DNA of 36,738 nt, taken from positions 1 through 36,738 of the IMG/VR virus record IMGVR_UViG_3300032277_002806, one strand, 5' to 3'. This DNA comes from a virus (Duplodnaviria; Caudoviricetes). This document shows, piece after piece, positions 1 to 8,941 of this stretch. The first letter of the stretch is position 1, and every line of letters starts with the position of its first letter. The notes under the pieces were generated by a model, which did no database searches, was not told the DNA's origin, and was given only the letters and a program-made list of their open reading frames with translations. A program made the position numbers and the translations under genes.

Positions 1-127
1 GGCGGTCAGCGCGCGAGGCCGGGCGACGGCCAGGCGGTTCGTCAGGTAGAGCTCGTCGTCCGTCAGCGCGACGAGCGCCCCGGGCTGGACCCAGGCGTGC
101 TCGACGCCGCAGCGGTAGGTCAGGACG
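1..127 (+). repeat. 127-bp direct terminal repeat, copy 1 (assembly overlap of a circular contig)
   Basis: ggcggtcagc...aggtcaggacg is identical to 36612-36738; a CDS reads in frame across the junction. Confidence 0.97.
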
Positions 128-1590
128 TGGCGGCTGGCGCTGCGCCGGACGGCCTGCGCCAGCCCCACCCGGTCGGCAGCGCCGTCGGTGTAGATCAGAT
201 CCGACTCGACGCTGTGCAGGGTGCTGGCGGCGGGGTCGGCGCTGGTGAGCAGCGCGAGGCGGCTGTGCAGGAGGCTGGAGTCGCCGGCCTCGGGGCGGTC
301 GGCGCCGTAGCGCTTGGTGCGCTTGTGCTCGCCCGCCTCGACGTCGACCGCGAACCGGAGCTGGACGGCGTCGACCACGTCTCGCGTCCCCTCGGTCTGG
401 ATCGGCCCCTCGCGCACGAAGCCCGGGCCGGTCGTGAACCGGGCGGCCACGTCGTCGAGGCGCGCCCCCAGGTGCCAGGGCTCCAGGTAGAGCCCCTGGG
501 GGCCGTGGACCGTGCTGGCGTCGAGGATCGGCAGCACGTTGCCGGTGATCCAGGCCCAGATGTAGACGCTGGGGTCGTCGACGTAAGAGCCGGAGGGGAT
601 GTTCAGCGCTGGCGCCGCGGCGCGGAGGCGGGCCATGTCCAGGCGCGCCCCGCTCCGCCGGCCCAGGTAGACGACCAGGTCCCCCAGCCCCTCCACCAGG
701 CGCTCCCCGTCGAGCAGCGCGCCGTCGTCGCCGCTCCACCCGATGTAGTAGTCGAGCGTGGCGTCCACGGTCAGCGCGCCGGGGGAGCTCAGGTCGATCA
801 GCGTCACGGGGACGCCGTTGGCGTCGGCGCCGTGGCTGGCGTTCAGGCCGTCGTTGGTGCCGTCGCTGGCGTAGACCTGGACGATCGAGCCAGCCTGGCC
901 GGCCTGGGTGGGGTGGTAGGCCGCCAGGAGCTTCTCGGCGGAGCTCGTCGTGTCGACCATCCAGGCGGGGCTGCCCGGGCCGGAGCCCGTCGCGCCGCCG
1001 GCGGTGGTGTAGGCGCCGGGGCGACCCCACACGAAGGGGCCGGCCTTGTCGACCGCCGAGCTCGCCGCGGACGGCCAGGTCGTCGAGGTCACCCGCCAGC
1101 CCGCGGGCAGCAGCGGCACCCGGTCCTCGAGGGGCAGCGAGCGGAGGCTCAGGGCGACCGGATCGTCCGCGCCTCCGAAGGTCGGATCGTGCACGCGCCC
1201 GGACACCAGCACCAGGCGGCTCTCCCAGGTCGTCCCCGGGAGCCAGACCGCGTACTCACCCGTGGCCCGGGCCGGGTCGTAGCCGAGGCGGAACACCAGG
1301 TGGGCGACGTCGGCCGGGAGGTAGAGCTCCTGGAAGCTCACCTCGGGCATGCTGCTCGACTCGCTGAACAGGTCGAACGTCGCGTCGTGGGGCACCTCGG
1401 GCAGGCCCCCGACGAACCGCAGGCGGCCCCCGTCGTCGGTGTCGATCTCGACCGGCGCGCTGGAGAGCCGAAGCGGCTTGCTGCCCCAGTAGATCGTCAG
1501 CAGGAACACCGGCTGCGCGGCGGCCCGGAGCGCCCGGCGGGTCAGCGCCGGCGCGCCCTGGCTGGGGTCGAAGGGCGGGAGGCCAGCCAT
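1..1590 (-). CDS. Minor tail/hub-like structural protein, 5' part (551 aa as join 1590..1 + 36611..36546); absent from ORF track
   Basis: ATG at 1590, 3 nt after the stop of the 1100-aa tail gene; MAGLPPFDPSQGAPALTRRALRAAAQPVFLLTIYWG...; open to base 1 and continues to TGA at 36546; tail-module position. Confidence 0.85.
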   Translation of the reverse strand, partial: MAGLPPFDPSQGAPALTRRALRAAAQPVFLLTIYWGSKPLRLSSAPVEIDTDDGGRLRFVGGLPEVPHDATFDLFSESSSMPEVSFQELYLPADVAHLVFRLGYDPARATGEYAVWLPGTTWESRLVLVSGRVHDPTFGGADDPVALSLRSLPLEDRVPLLPAGWRVTSTTWPSAASSAVDKAGPFVWGRPGAYTTAGGATGSGPGSPAWMVDTTSSAEKLLAAYHPTQAGQAGSIVQVYASDGTNDGLNASHGADANGVPVTLIDLSSPGALTVDATLDYYIGWSGDDGALLDGERLVEGLGDLVVYLGRRSGARLDMARLRAAAPALNIPSGSYVDDPSVYIWAWITGNVLPILDASTVHGPQGLYLEPWHLGARLDDVAARFTTGPGFVREGPIQTEGTRDVVDAVQLRFAVDVEAGEHKRTKRYGADRPEAGDSSLLHSRLALLTSADPAASTLHSVESDLIYTDGAADRVGLAQAVRRSASRHVLTYRCGVEHAWVQPGALVALTDDELYLTNRLAVARPRALTA

Positions 1591-1593
1591 CGG

Positions 1594-4500
1594 CTACACC
1601 TCCTCTTCGTGGACGATCGACTCACCGCGGACCACGTGCTCGAGGCCCATGGCGCCCGGCGCGGCGTTGGTGATCGCGAAGTTGCCGGTCAGCCGGCCGT
1701 AGCTGAAGAACCGCTTCCCGGGGAGGCTGGTCGCGTCGGCGCCGCTGGAGCCCCGGGCGATGTAGGGCAGCAGCCCGCAGATCCGGCGCGCCCCCCGCAG
1801 GGTGCGCAGCGCGCCGAACAGATCGCGCAGCACGCCCTGGCGGGTCGCCACGGGGTGAGCGCCAGCGGTGGTCGTCGCCAGGATGTAGTCGGGCGCTGGG
1901 GACGCCTGGAGGAGCTTGCGCTCGGGCACCAGGTCCGAGAAGGGCAGCGCCCAGATCTGCCGGGCGGGCCCGAGCTCCTGGGCGCGGCGGGTGCCGTCGC
2001 GGGCGGTGACCAGCTCGGTGTTCGGCTCCAGGCGGAGCTGCCAGCCCCGGCTCGGGTGGTACCCGAACGGCAGCACGCGCCCGATCAGCCGCCCGCCGAT
2101 CTTGTAGCGCCCGCTGGCGGTCGTCTGCGACGGCAGCACGATCCGCCACCCCTGGGCCGTGCGCCAGGTCGAGAGCCGGACGACGCCGACGACCTGGGGC
2201 GCCCAGATCGCGCAGGTGCCCGAGGTCGGATCGCCGCTGGCGACCTCGTCAGGGTCCAGGAAGATCACGACCTGCTGCTGGGTCTGCGTCGTCGCCCCCA
2301 CCCAGGCCCCGGCGGTGTTGCCCACGATCGTGCGCCGCACCGCGCCGGCCGCCCAGGTCCCGCCGGCCAGCTCGTTCTCGGTCAGCCAGCGCGGCGCCAG
2401 CGCCGCGGCGGCGGCGGGGCGGACGGTGTTGCCCTCGCGGGTGTAGGAGACGGCGCCCAGGTCCTCCGCGGCGTCGATGGCGATCGCCTGGGTCCAGCTC
2501 CCGCCGCTGTAGTACTCGATCTCGATGTCGCGCACGTTGAGGCCGACGAACCCGAACGCCATGAGATCGCCGCCGACGTGGCTCACCTGCCCGAGGCCGC
2601 CGTCGATCTGGTAGGCGATCGAGACCGCCGCGCCGTCTGCGTCGTTCTCCCAGGGCACCCGGGGGGACGGCGTGCGCCCCAGCGGGTCCATGGCGCGGAG
2701 CGGGGTGTCGCTGTCCAGCTCGATCTGCCAGGAGTCGCCGGGGCGGGTCGGGCCGCCCCGGGCGCGCACGTGGATGTTCTCGTGGACGTAGACGGCCGCG
2801 TCGACGAAGGGCGCCGGGTAGAGGTCGTCGGGGAACGTCGCGCCGATCAGCCCCTGCCCCACGCTGTCGCCGATCGCCCACTGCCACAGGTGGGCGGTCC
2901 AGGCGTCGGTGTTGACGATGTCGCTGCCCCAGCGGATCTCGCTGGTGCCGGCGCCGCCGCCGCCGTCGGTGAGCGCGTCGGTGCTCGGGCCCGCGTTGTA
3001 GGCGCGGCGGCCCGAGCCGGCCACGCGCCAGTAGAGGACGAACGCCCCGTCGGCCAGGTGCCACAGCACCTCGATGGGCTCGGCGCTGTTGGTGTCGATG
3101 TCCGAGCCGACCGCGCCGCCGGCGTTGTTGTCGTAGACCCGGATGTGGGTCTCGCCCGAGACCGCGGCGAAGCGGATCGAGACGTCGTAGTCCTCGGCCG
3201 CGTCGTCGAGGATCGCCCGGATGACCTGGCGGTCCCCGGAGAGCGAACCGCCGGAGCTCGGGTCCCACACCCAGCGACCCATGATGCCGCGGGCGATCGT
3301 GGTGGTGACCGTCAGGTCGTAGCGGGTCTGCTGGGAGCTGGTGGAGACGCTCAGGGCGCCGTTGACGATGGAGGCGGTGTCGGTGCCCGTCAGCGTCCAG
3401 CCGTTGCTGTCGGGCTTGTCCAGGCCGGCCTGGCTGCCGCTCCAGCTGGCCTGGTGGACGCCGCTGCGGAACAGGCTGACGCTGGGGTGGGTGACCGTGC
3501 TGTAGCCGCCCAGGATCCACCAGGACTGCGAGCCGGCGTAGCTGCCGGGCGCCGTCGCCTCCCACCCGGCGATCATCATCACCCCGCCCTTGTAGGGGCA
3601 GACGGTGAAGCCAGTCGGGTAGACGGCGCTGGCGCCGCCGGTGTTCGCGTCCCACCAGATCGCGGTGGCGCTCCCGCCCGCCCCGCTGGCGGTGCCCAGC
3701 AGCTCGAAGGTGCCGCCGTGGTCGGGCGAGCGGACGACCTGGCCCGCGTGGTCGACGTAGCTCCGGCGGGCGTAGGCGTAGATGTGCCCCTCGGGCGTGA
3801 CGCAGGCCGCCAGGTCCGGGTCGTCGAGGGTGATGCTGCCGGTGATGCCCGACTGGCCCAGGGTCGCCGGGAGCGCGGTCGAGTCCGCGCTGGCCAGCGG
3901 CGCGAAGGCGTCGGCGACCCGACACCAGCGCCCCGAGTCGCTGGCGCTCGAGCTCAGCCGGATGTACAGCAGGACGAACCACCCGCCGACGCACACCAGG
4001 TCGAAGCCGCCCCCGGCGATCGTGCTGGCGGCGGAGATCTCGGTGAACGTGTAGCCGCCGTCCGAGCTCGCCCACTGCCGGAGGACGTCCTGGTAGGCGA
4101 TGTCCTTGTGGAGCCACTCCCCGGCGACCAGGAGGACCTGGCCGTTCTGGTAGGCAGCGCGGAGGCGACCAGGATCACCCCCGGTAGCAGCCGGTCCTGG
4201 GGTTCCGGCGATGTCGACGTCGGCGTCCAGGACGTAGTCCGCCGCCTCCTCCCAGGTCGCGCCCTTGTCGACGCTGGCCCACATGCGGATCTGGGCGATC
4301 TCGTTTTCGGTGTCGAAGACCCAATGGAACAGGCGGAGCTCCCCGCTCGGGAGCAGCAGCAGGCAGGGGTGGAGATCCCAGGCCATGCCCGTCGCCTGGC
4401 TGTAGACAATCGACTGCGCGCCCCAGGTCTCGGTGTCTGGGTCGAAGATCGTCACGACGACGGCCTGGACGGCGCCCCCGCCCGAGCCGGTGCGGTCGGC

Positions 4501-4896
4501 GACCTGGACCACGGTCTGGTCGGCCAGGCGCACGCTGTGGCGGTTGTTGTAGGTGAACGTCGTCGTCCACCACTCGTCCAGCGCGACGTGGGTGATCCCG
4601 ATAGGGACGTCCGCGCCGTAGTAGTCGGTCTCGCCGTCCTCGTAGTAGTAGAAGCCCGCGGCGCCCGCGACGGCGATCCCCCCGCGCTGGGTCTGGACGT
4701 GGAGGTGGGTGCCGGCGGTGATCGTAGCCCCGACCGGGGCGCTCGCGTAGAGCGCCATGGCGGTCGCCCGATCCGGCTCGGGCTGGTCAGGGAACGGCGA
4801 GTACTCTGTGACCCCGCTCGATTCGTCCGCCCAATACGTGAGGCGGTCGTCGGGGATCAGGAGCCCGGCCAGGTGTTCCGGTGTCGCGTCAGCCAT
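1594..4896 (-). CDS. Large tail protein (1100 aa) with BNR/Asp-box beta-propeller region; probable receptor-binding/baseplate component
   Basis: Three Asp-box motifs SVDKGATW, SSDGGYTF, SPDHGGTF; beta-rich G/S/T/W composition; downstream of tape measure. Confidence 0.75.
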   Translation of the reverse strand: MADATPEHLAGLLIPDDRLTYWADESSGVTEYSPFPDQPEPDRATAMALYASAPVGATITAGTHLHVQTQRGGIAVAGAAGFYYYEDGETDYYGADVPIGITHVALDEWWTTTFTYNNRHSVRLADQTVVQVADRTGSGGGAVQAVVVTIFDPDTETWGAQSIVYSQATGMAWDLHPCLLLLPSGELRLFHWVFDTENEIAQIRMWASVDKGATWEEAADYVLDADVDIAGTPGPAATGGDPGRLRAAYQNGQVLLVAGEWLHKDIAYQDVLRQWASSDGGYTFTEISAASTIAGGGFDLVCVGGWFVLLYIRLSSSASDSGRWCRVADAFAPLASADSTALPATLGQSGITGSITLDDPDLAACVTPEGHIYAYARRSYVDHAGQVVRSPDHGGTFELLGTASGAGGSATAIWWDANTGGASAVYPTGFTVCPYKGGVMMIAGWEATAPGSYAGSQSWWILGGYSTVTHPSVSLFRSGVHQASWSGSQAGLDKPDSNGWTLTGTDTASIVNGALSVSTSSQQTRYDLTVTTTIARGIMGRWVWDPSSGGSLSGDRQVIRAILDDAAEDYDVSIRFAAVSGETHIRVYDNNAGGAVGSDIDTNSAEPIEVLWHLADGAFVLYWRVAGSGRRAYNAGPSTDALTDGGGGAGTSEIRWGSDIVNTDAWTAHLWQWAIGDSVGQGLIGATFPDDLYPAPFVDAAVYVHENIHVRARGGPTRPGDSWQIELDSDTPLRAMDPLGRTPSPRVPWENDADGAAVSIAYQIDGGLGQVSHVGGDLMAFGFVGLNVRDIEIEYYSGGSWTQAIAIDAAEDLGAVSYTREGNTVRPAAAAALAPRWLTENELAGGTWAAGAVRRTIVGNTAGAWVGATTQTQQQVVIFLDPDEVASGDPTSGTCAIWAPQVVGVVRLSTWRTAQGWRIVLPSQTTASGRYKIGGRLIGRVLPFGYHPSRGWQLRLEPNTELVTARDGTRRAQELGPARQIWALPFSDLVPERKLLQASPAPDYILATTTAGAHPVATRQGVLRDLFGALRTLRGARRICGLLPYIARGSSGADATSLPGKRFFSYGRLTGNFAITNAAPGAMGLEHVVRGESIVHEEEV

Positions 4897-5410
4897 CGGC
4901 CCCCACTCCCTCGGGCACCCACTCCGCGCGGAGCCAGAAGACGTCGGAGCACGCCTCGTAGTCCATGCGAGAGGTCCCCTCGCTGTTGATCTCGGTCATC
5001 GCCTCGTCGGTGTAGACGTGGATGCTCCAGGTGTCGCCGTCGCGGATGACGTCCCAGTACCCGCCGGGGAGGATCGACCCGTCGGACGGCTCATACTCGC
5101 TGATGACGCGGTAGTTCTCGCCGGAGAACTCCCAGGTCACGCCGTTGGTGACGCCCTCGCCGGTGATCTCGTGCTCGTCGATGTGGACGGTCCAGATGTA
5201 GACCTCGCCCGTCTCGCTGTCGAAGTAGAGGCAGGCGCGCTCGCCGGCGAACTGCTGACCGCTGTAGGGCAGCCCGGGCCAGGTCTCCTCCGTTGGACTC
5301 CAGGGCCAGTCGTGGAAGGTCGGCTCGGCGGGCGCGGTGTCGGCGACCGCTCCGGAGTCGGCGGGTGCGTCGGAGCTGGTGCAGGCGAGCAGGAAGATCA
5401 GGGCGTACAT
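4889..5410 (-). CDS. Lipoprotein (173 aa), possible superinfection-exclusion factor
   Basis: ATG 5410 gives MYALIFLLAC-TSSDAPADSG: short hydrophobic signal, LLAC lipobox, flexible linker, acidic beta-rich domain. Confidence 0.7.
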   Translation of the reverse strand: MYALIFLLACTSSDAPADSGAVADTAPAEPTFHDWPWSPTEETWPGLPYSGQQFAGERACLYFDSETGEVYIWTVHIDEHEITGEGVTNGVTWEFSGENYRVISEYEPSDGSILPGGYWDVIRDGDTWSIHVYTDEAMTEINSEGTSRMDYEACSDVFWLRAEWVPEGVGADG

Positions 5411-5511
5411 GGCGGGGCCTCGGTGCTGGTTGTGCACCTGCAGACTACCGCCCCCGGGCGTGAGAGATTGCCCGCGCGCTCCTCGAGCTCCGATCGCCGT
5501 CAGACGGGGGC

Positions 5512-7650
5512 TCATCGGCGCCTCCGCATCTGACCGCCCGGCGTGGGGTTGACCGCGTCGTGGAGCGGGCCCGCCATGGCCAGTTCGTCCAGGGTCAGCT
5601 CCTGGTACATGCGGTGGCCGTACACGAGCTGGATCCGCGTCGCGCTCCGACCGGCGCCCCGGCCGCTGTTCAAGTCGCGCACCCCCTCGGGCCCGCCCGC
5701 GTTGGCCACGCCCTGCGGGGTCAGCACGCCTTCGTTCAGCCGGAGTCGGGCGTTGAACTCGTCGCCGGCGCCGCCGCTGTGGTAGCTGGGCGGCTCCTGC
5801 CCGGCGATCTGGGCGACGGCCGCGGCGGTGGAGATCCCCACGCCTGCGGCGAGCACCCCGCCGGCGACAGGCCCGAGCCCGACGGGCGGCGGCTGGAGCG
5901 CCGCCGCCGCAGCGACGATCCCGGAGATCGTGACGTCGGCGATCCCCGCGGCCTGGTGGACGCGGAACGCCCGGCGCGTCGCGGTGTTGGCCTGGCTCAG
6001 TCGCTTCTCCAGCTCCGCGGTCTCGGCGGCGGTCAGCGACTCCTCGCCCGCCTCGAGCTCGGCGCGGAGGTCGCTCGCCCGGGCGGCTCTCCGATCAGCG
6101 GACTGGCTCCACAGGTCGTCCACGCCTTGGAGGGCCAGGGACGCCCCTTGGTGGATGCCCCCCCAGAAGTTCTGGACATACGCCTTCAATTCGCTCAGAG
6201 CTGACTCGATGTGGGCGGTCGCCGAGGCGATGCCTGACTCGATGCTCTTGAGGGTCTGCGTCTGGAGAGAGGTGACGTCGCGTGCGTACCGCGCCTCGAT
6301 AGCGATCCGCGCCTCGGTGGCCTGGACGAGTTGGGCGCTGACGTCGACGCCGGTGGTTTCCAACTTCTGGAGCCGTTCCACCTGCTGATCGATCGCCTGG
6401 GACTGCCGCTCGTAGCCTCGGACCAGTTTTTCGCCCGCGTTCAGCTGGTCCTCGCCTGCGGCGCTGGTGATCCCCTGTAGGCTCACCTGTACCGCAGCGC
6501 GGCGGACGATCGCCTGCTCAAGCGACTTCTCAGCCCGAACGGCCTCGCGGGTAGCGGTCGTGTTCTCGCGGACTACCGGTGTCGCGTCGGCGGTGACCTC
6601 GGCGCCGCGCTGGATGGCCTTGTTGTTGGCCTGGTACGCCTCCATGGCCTCGGTCGCGACGCTGATCCCGTTGATGGTGCCCTGCGTCAGGGTCAGCATG
6701 CTCGAGGCGTAGGTCTTGCCGGCCTTCACGAACTCACCGGCCAGCACCAGCTTGACCACGTCCCCGAAGCCCTTCACCGCCCCCATCATGTCCTTGATGC
6801 GCTGGGTGAAGAACGCGCTGATGAAGACGAAGCCGGCGTTGAAGTCCGCGAGCAGCTCACCGCCGCCGCCGAACAGGTCCGTGAAGGTCGCCAGGGCGCC
6901 CTGCAGGTTCATTTTCAGGTTGGCGATCTCGCGCTGGAACTTCGCGGCGCTGGCGGCGGCCTGTGGCCCGACGCCGACGCCGAACCGCTCGGCCTGGTCC
7001 GTGAAGGCCTCCAGCGGTGTGTCGCCCAGCGCGACGTTCAGGGCGCCGCCGCCCTCCCCGAAGAGCTCTATCGCAGCGGCGGCGCGCTCGGTCGGATCGG
7101 CGATCGCCTGCAGCTTGCCGATCGACTCCTTCAGCACCTCGTCTGTCGAGCGCAGCGAGCCGTCCGCGTTGGTGGCAGCGATCCCCAGGCGCTCGAACGC
7201 GACCAGACTCTCCCCGGTGCCCCGGGCGGTGTCGGCCAGGCGCTTGGGCAGGGTGTTCAAGACCGAGTCCAGAGCGCTCAGCTCCTGCCCTGAGCCCTCG
7301 GCCGCCAGCCGCAGTCCCGCCAGGGTCTCTGGCAGAACACCGCTCTTTGTGGCGGTGTCCACCAGCTCGTTGCGGAGGTCGGCGACCTGAGTCGTCACGT
7401 CCGCGATGGCGGAGGCCGCCTCCTTGGCCACTGAGATCTTGGCGAACGCCTTCCCCCAGGCCATGGCCGACTTCGACGCGGCGCGCTCGGCCGACTTCGC
7501 AGCCTGCGCCTGCGCCTTGGACATCTGGCGCTGGAGGCGCTCAGCGGCCTTCGCCGCCTGCTTGTCGGTGTACCCGGGGATCTTGGCGAACTCGGCCTGG
7601 TACTTCGAGATGTCCGCGAGGACCTGGAGGGAGTAGCTGCGCGTCGCCAT
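5512..7650 (-). CDS. Tail tape measure protein (712 aa)
   Basis: Ala-rich helical sequence; N-terminal LQVLADISKY; typical core (FERLGIAATNADGSLRSTDEVL...AIELFGEGG); C-terminal YHSGG motif; downstream of tail chaperone. Confidence 0.9.
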   Translation of the reverse strand: MATRSYSLQVLADISKYQAEFAKIPGYTDKQAAKAAERLQRQMSKAQAQAAKSAERAASKSAMAWGKAFAKISVAKEAASAIADVTTQVADLRNELVDTATKSGVLPETLAGLRLAAEGSGQELSALDSVLNTLPKRLADTARGTGESLVAFERLGIAATNADGSLRSTDEVLKESIGKLQAIADPTERAAAAIELFGEGGGALNVALGDTPLEAFTDQAERFGVGVGPQAAASAAKFQREIANLKMNLQGALATFTDLFGGGGELLADFNAGFVFISAFFTQRIKDMMGAVKGFGDVVKLVLAGEFVKAGKTYASSMLTLTQGTINGISVATEAMEAYQANNKAIQRGAEVTADATPVVRENTTATREAVRAEKSLEQAIVRRAAVQVSLQGITSAAGEDQLNAGEKLVRGYERQSQAIDQQVERLQKLETTGVDVSAQLVQATEARIAIEARYARDVTSLQTQTLKSIESGIASATAHIESALSELKAYVQNFWGGIHQGASLALQGVDDLWSQSADRRAARASDLRAELEAGEESLTAAETAELEKRLSQANTATRRAFRVHQAAGIADVTISGIVAAAAALQPPPVGLGPVAGGVLAAGVGISTAAAVAQIAGQEPPSYHSGGAGDEFNARLRLNEGVLTPQGVANAGGPEGVRDLNSGRGAGRSATRIQLVYGHRMYQELTLDELAMAGPLHDAVNPTPGGQMRRRR

Positions 7651-7653
7651 GGC

Positions 7654-8190
7654 TCAGCCCCCCTTGCCCAACTCGTCGCCCAGGTCGCGGACGATGCCGT
7701 CGACCATGGCGCGAGACGGACGGTCGATGAGCCGGCGGTGGGGCTGGCCCTTGATGAAGACCGTGTAGGGGGCGCGGGAGCTGAGCGTGGCCACGAGCTG
7801 ATTGCCGAGGACCTGGTAGTTCAGATCGAGCAGGCTCTTGGAGAGGCCCGTGTCCACCGGCCACGCGTTGAACGCCTTGATCGCCCGCGCGCCCAGCCTC
7901 CGATCGATCGCCGCGACCAGCAGCGGCCCGACGCGGTCCATTTGGTCGAGCACGGCCCGGGAGAGGTGGGGGTCGACGCGGATCAGACTCCCCCGCGCGC
8001 TGGCGCCCACGCGCTGGCCGCGGAGGTAGCGCCCGCCGCGGGTGTCCCAGCGGGCCTGCTTGCGGGCCATGCGCGGCGCGGTCCCGACCTGCTCCGCCTT
8101 CGCGTCAGCCTCGCCCGCCTGCACCCTGTAGAACGACTCCTGGAGGCTCCAGAACTCGTTGGACTTCGGGTAGCGGACGGGGGAGGGCAT
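7654..8190 (-). CDS. HK97 gp10-like neck/tail-completion protein
   Basis: WPVDTGLSK and APYTVFI motifs resemble the PVDTGxL / xxYAxxV pattern of that family. Confidence 0.55.
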   Translation of the reverse strand: MPSPVRYPKSNEFWSLQESFYRVQAGEADAKAEQVGTAPRMARKQARWDTRGGRYLRGQRVGASARGSLIRVDPHLSRAVLDQMDRVGPLLVAAIDRRLGARAIKAFNAWPVDTGLSKSLLDLNYQVLGNQLVATLSSRAPYTVFIKGQPHRRLIDRPSRAMVDGIVRDLGDELGKGG

Positions 8191-8199
8191 GCGAGGTGC

Positions 8200-8526
8200 T
8201 CAGCGGCAGAAGTGGGAGAAGGCGGTCCAGCCGGTGGGGGTGACGTCGGCGGCGTCGGAGTTCGCCAGGGCCTCGGGGATGGCGGCTGGGGTGGGAGAGA
8301 GCCGAGGGGGCGGGGTGCGCTGCGTGGACCGAGAGACCCCGCCCGAGGCCCGGGCCAGCTCCAGCATGAGACCTCGCTCCCCCCGGCTCAGGTCGAAGAT
8401 CCCGAGGGGGCCGCGGGGGCCGGTGAAGCCGAGTCGGCTGGCGAGGGCGAGTTGGGCGAGGACCCAGCGGCGCGCGACTCCTGGGTCGGGTTCGGCGTAG
8501 ACGGGGCCGCCGCCGTCGCGTTTCCC
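8200..8526 (-). CDS. -1 frameshift extension of tail chaperone (gpGT-like); not in ORF track
   Basis: -1 frame from G GGA AAC is open (KRDGGGPVYAEPDPGVARRWVLAQLALASRLGF...AFSHFCR*) to TGA at 8200-8202, filling the gap to the next gene. Confidence 0.75.
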   Translation of the reverse strand, partial: GKRDGGGPVYAEPDPGVARRWVLAQLALASRLGFTGPRGPLGIFDLSRGERGLMLELARASGGVSRSTQRTPPPRLSPTPAAIPEALANSDAADVTPTGWTAFSHFCR

Positions 8527-8864
8527 TCCTCCTCCTCCGGCGGGGGGACCATGGACTCCAGGATCTGCCCCAGGGCGAAGTCGGCCGCGGTGCGGATCTG
8601 GAGCTCGACGCCGGGGACGTGGCGCCAGCGCTGGGCGAGCTCGCGGAGAACGGCCTCCCCGTAGACGCGCAAGCTGGCGCCGAGCCGGGTCCGGGGGCGG
8701 TCCCTGGCGGGCGTGTCCCAGGCGAGCCCGAGGGCGGCGCCGAGCATGGCGGCCTTGTCCAGCGGGTCGGCGTTGACGTAGCCCTCGAACAGCGCGAGGC
8801 GGTGGAAGACGTCGGGCGGGAGCCGGAGGGGGATCTCGGTGTCGGCGATGGTGACAGGGAGCAT
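8388..8864 (-). CDS. Tail assembly chaperone (gpG-like)
   Basis: Follows the tail tube gene; EEEEGN at a slippery site followed by a low-complexity tail. Confidence 0.75.
   Translation of the reverse strand: MLPVTIADTEIPLRLPPDVFHRLALFEGYVNADPLDKAAMLGAALGLAWDTPARDRPRTRLGASLRVYGEAVLRELAQRWRHVPGVELQIRTAADFALGQILESMVPPPEEEEGNATAAAPSTPNPTQESRAAGSSPNSPSPADSASPAPAAPSGSST
8520..8526 (-). other. Programmed -1 ribosomal frameshift slippery heptamer GGGAAAC
   Basis: Plus-strand GTTTCCC; X XXY YYZ phase matches the chaperone frame. Confidence 0.78.
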
Positions 8865-8887
8865 GGCGGGGTCCTTGGGTGAAGACC

Positions 8888-8901
8888 GTTCAGATCTGAA
8901 C
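8888..8901. promoter_or_regulatory. Perfect 14-bp palindrome GTTCAGATCTGAAC (copy 1)
   Basis: Intergenic, 23 nt upstream of chaperone ATG; identical copy at 34772-34785. Confidence 0.55.
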
Positions 8902-8913
8902 GATCGGGGGTGG

Positions 8914-8937
8914 CTGACTGCGGAATTCCGCAGTCAG
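8914..8937 (-). terminator. Hairpin after tail tube gene (CTGACTGCGGAATTCCGCAGTCAG)
   Basis: 24-bp perfect inverted repeat 4 nt after the stop; no U-tract, so may be an mRNA-stabilising or partial terminator. Confidence 0.55.
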
Positions 8938-8941
8938 GGGG

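Noticed and set aside
1-127. Biological terminal repeat or attL/attR
   Set aside because: It falls mid-gene and its length fits an assembly k-mer overlap; the att-like site is at ~32.1 kb.
2249-4117. Long alternative-frame ORFs such as 2249-4117, 14186-15754 and 27840-28655
   Set aside because: R/P/H-rich off-frame translations caused by GC3 bias.
97-4989. 1630-aa plus-strand ORF and similar long plus ORFs (11291-12652, 14263-15918, 16015-18060, 23257-24888, 34897-36210)
   Set aside because: Antisense shadows of real minus-strand genes in high-GC DNA; V/G/A/R-rich with no motifs.
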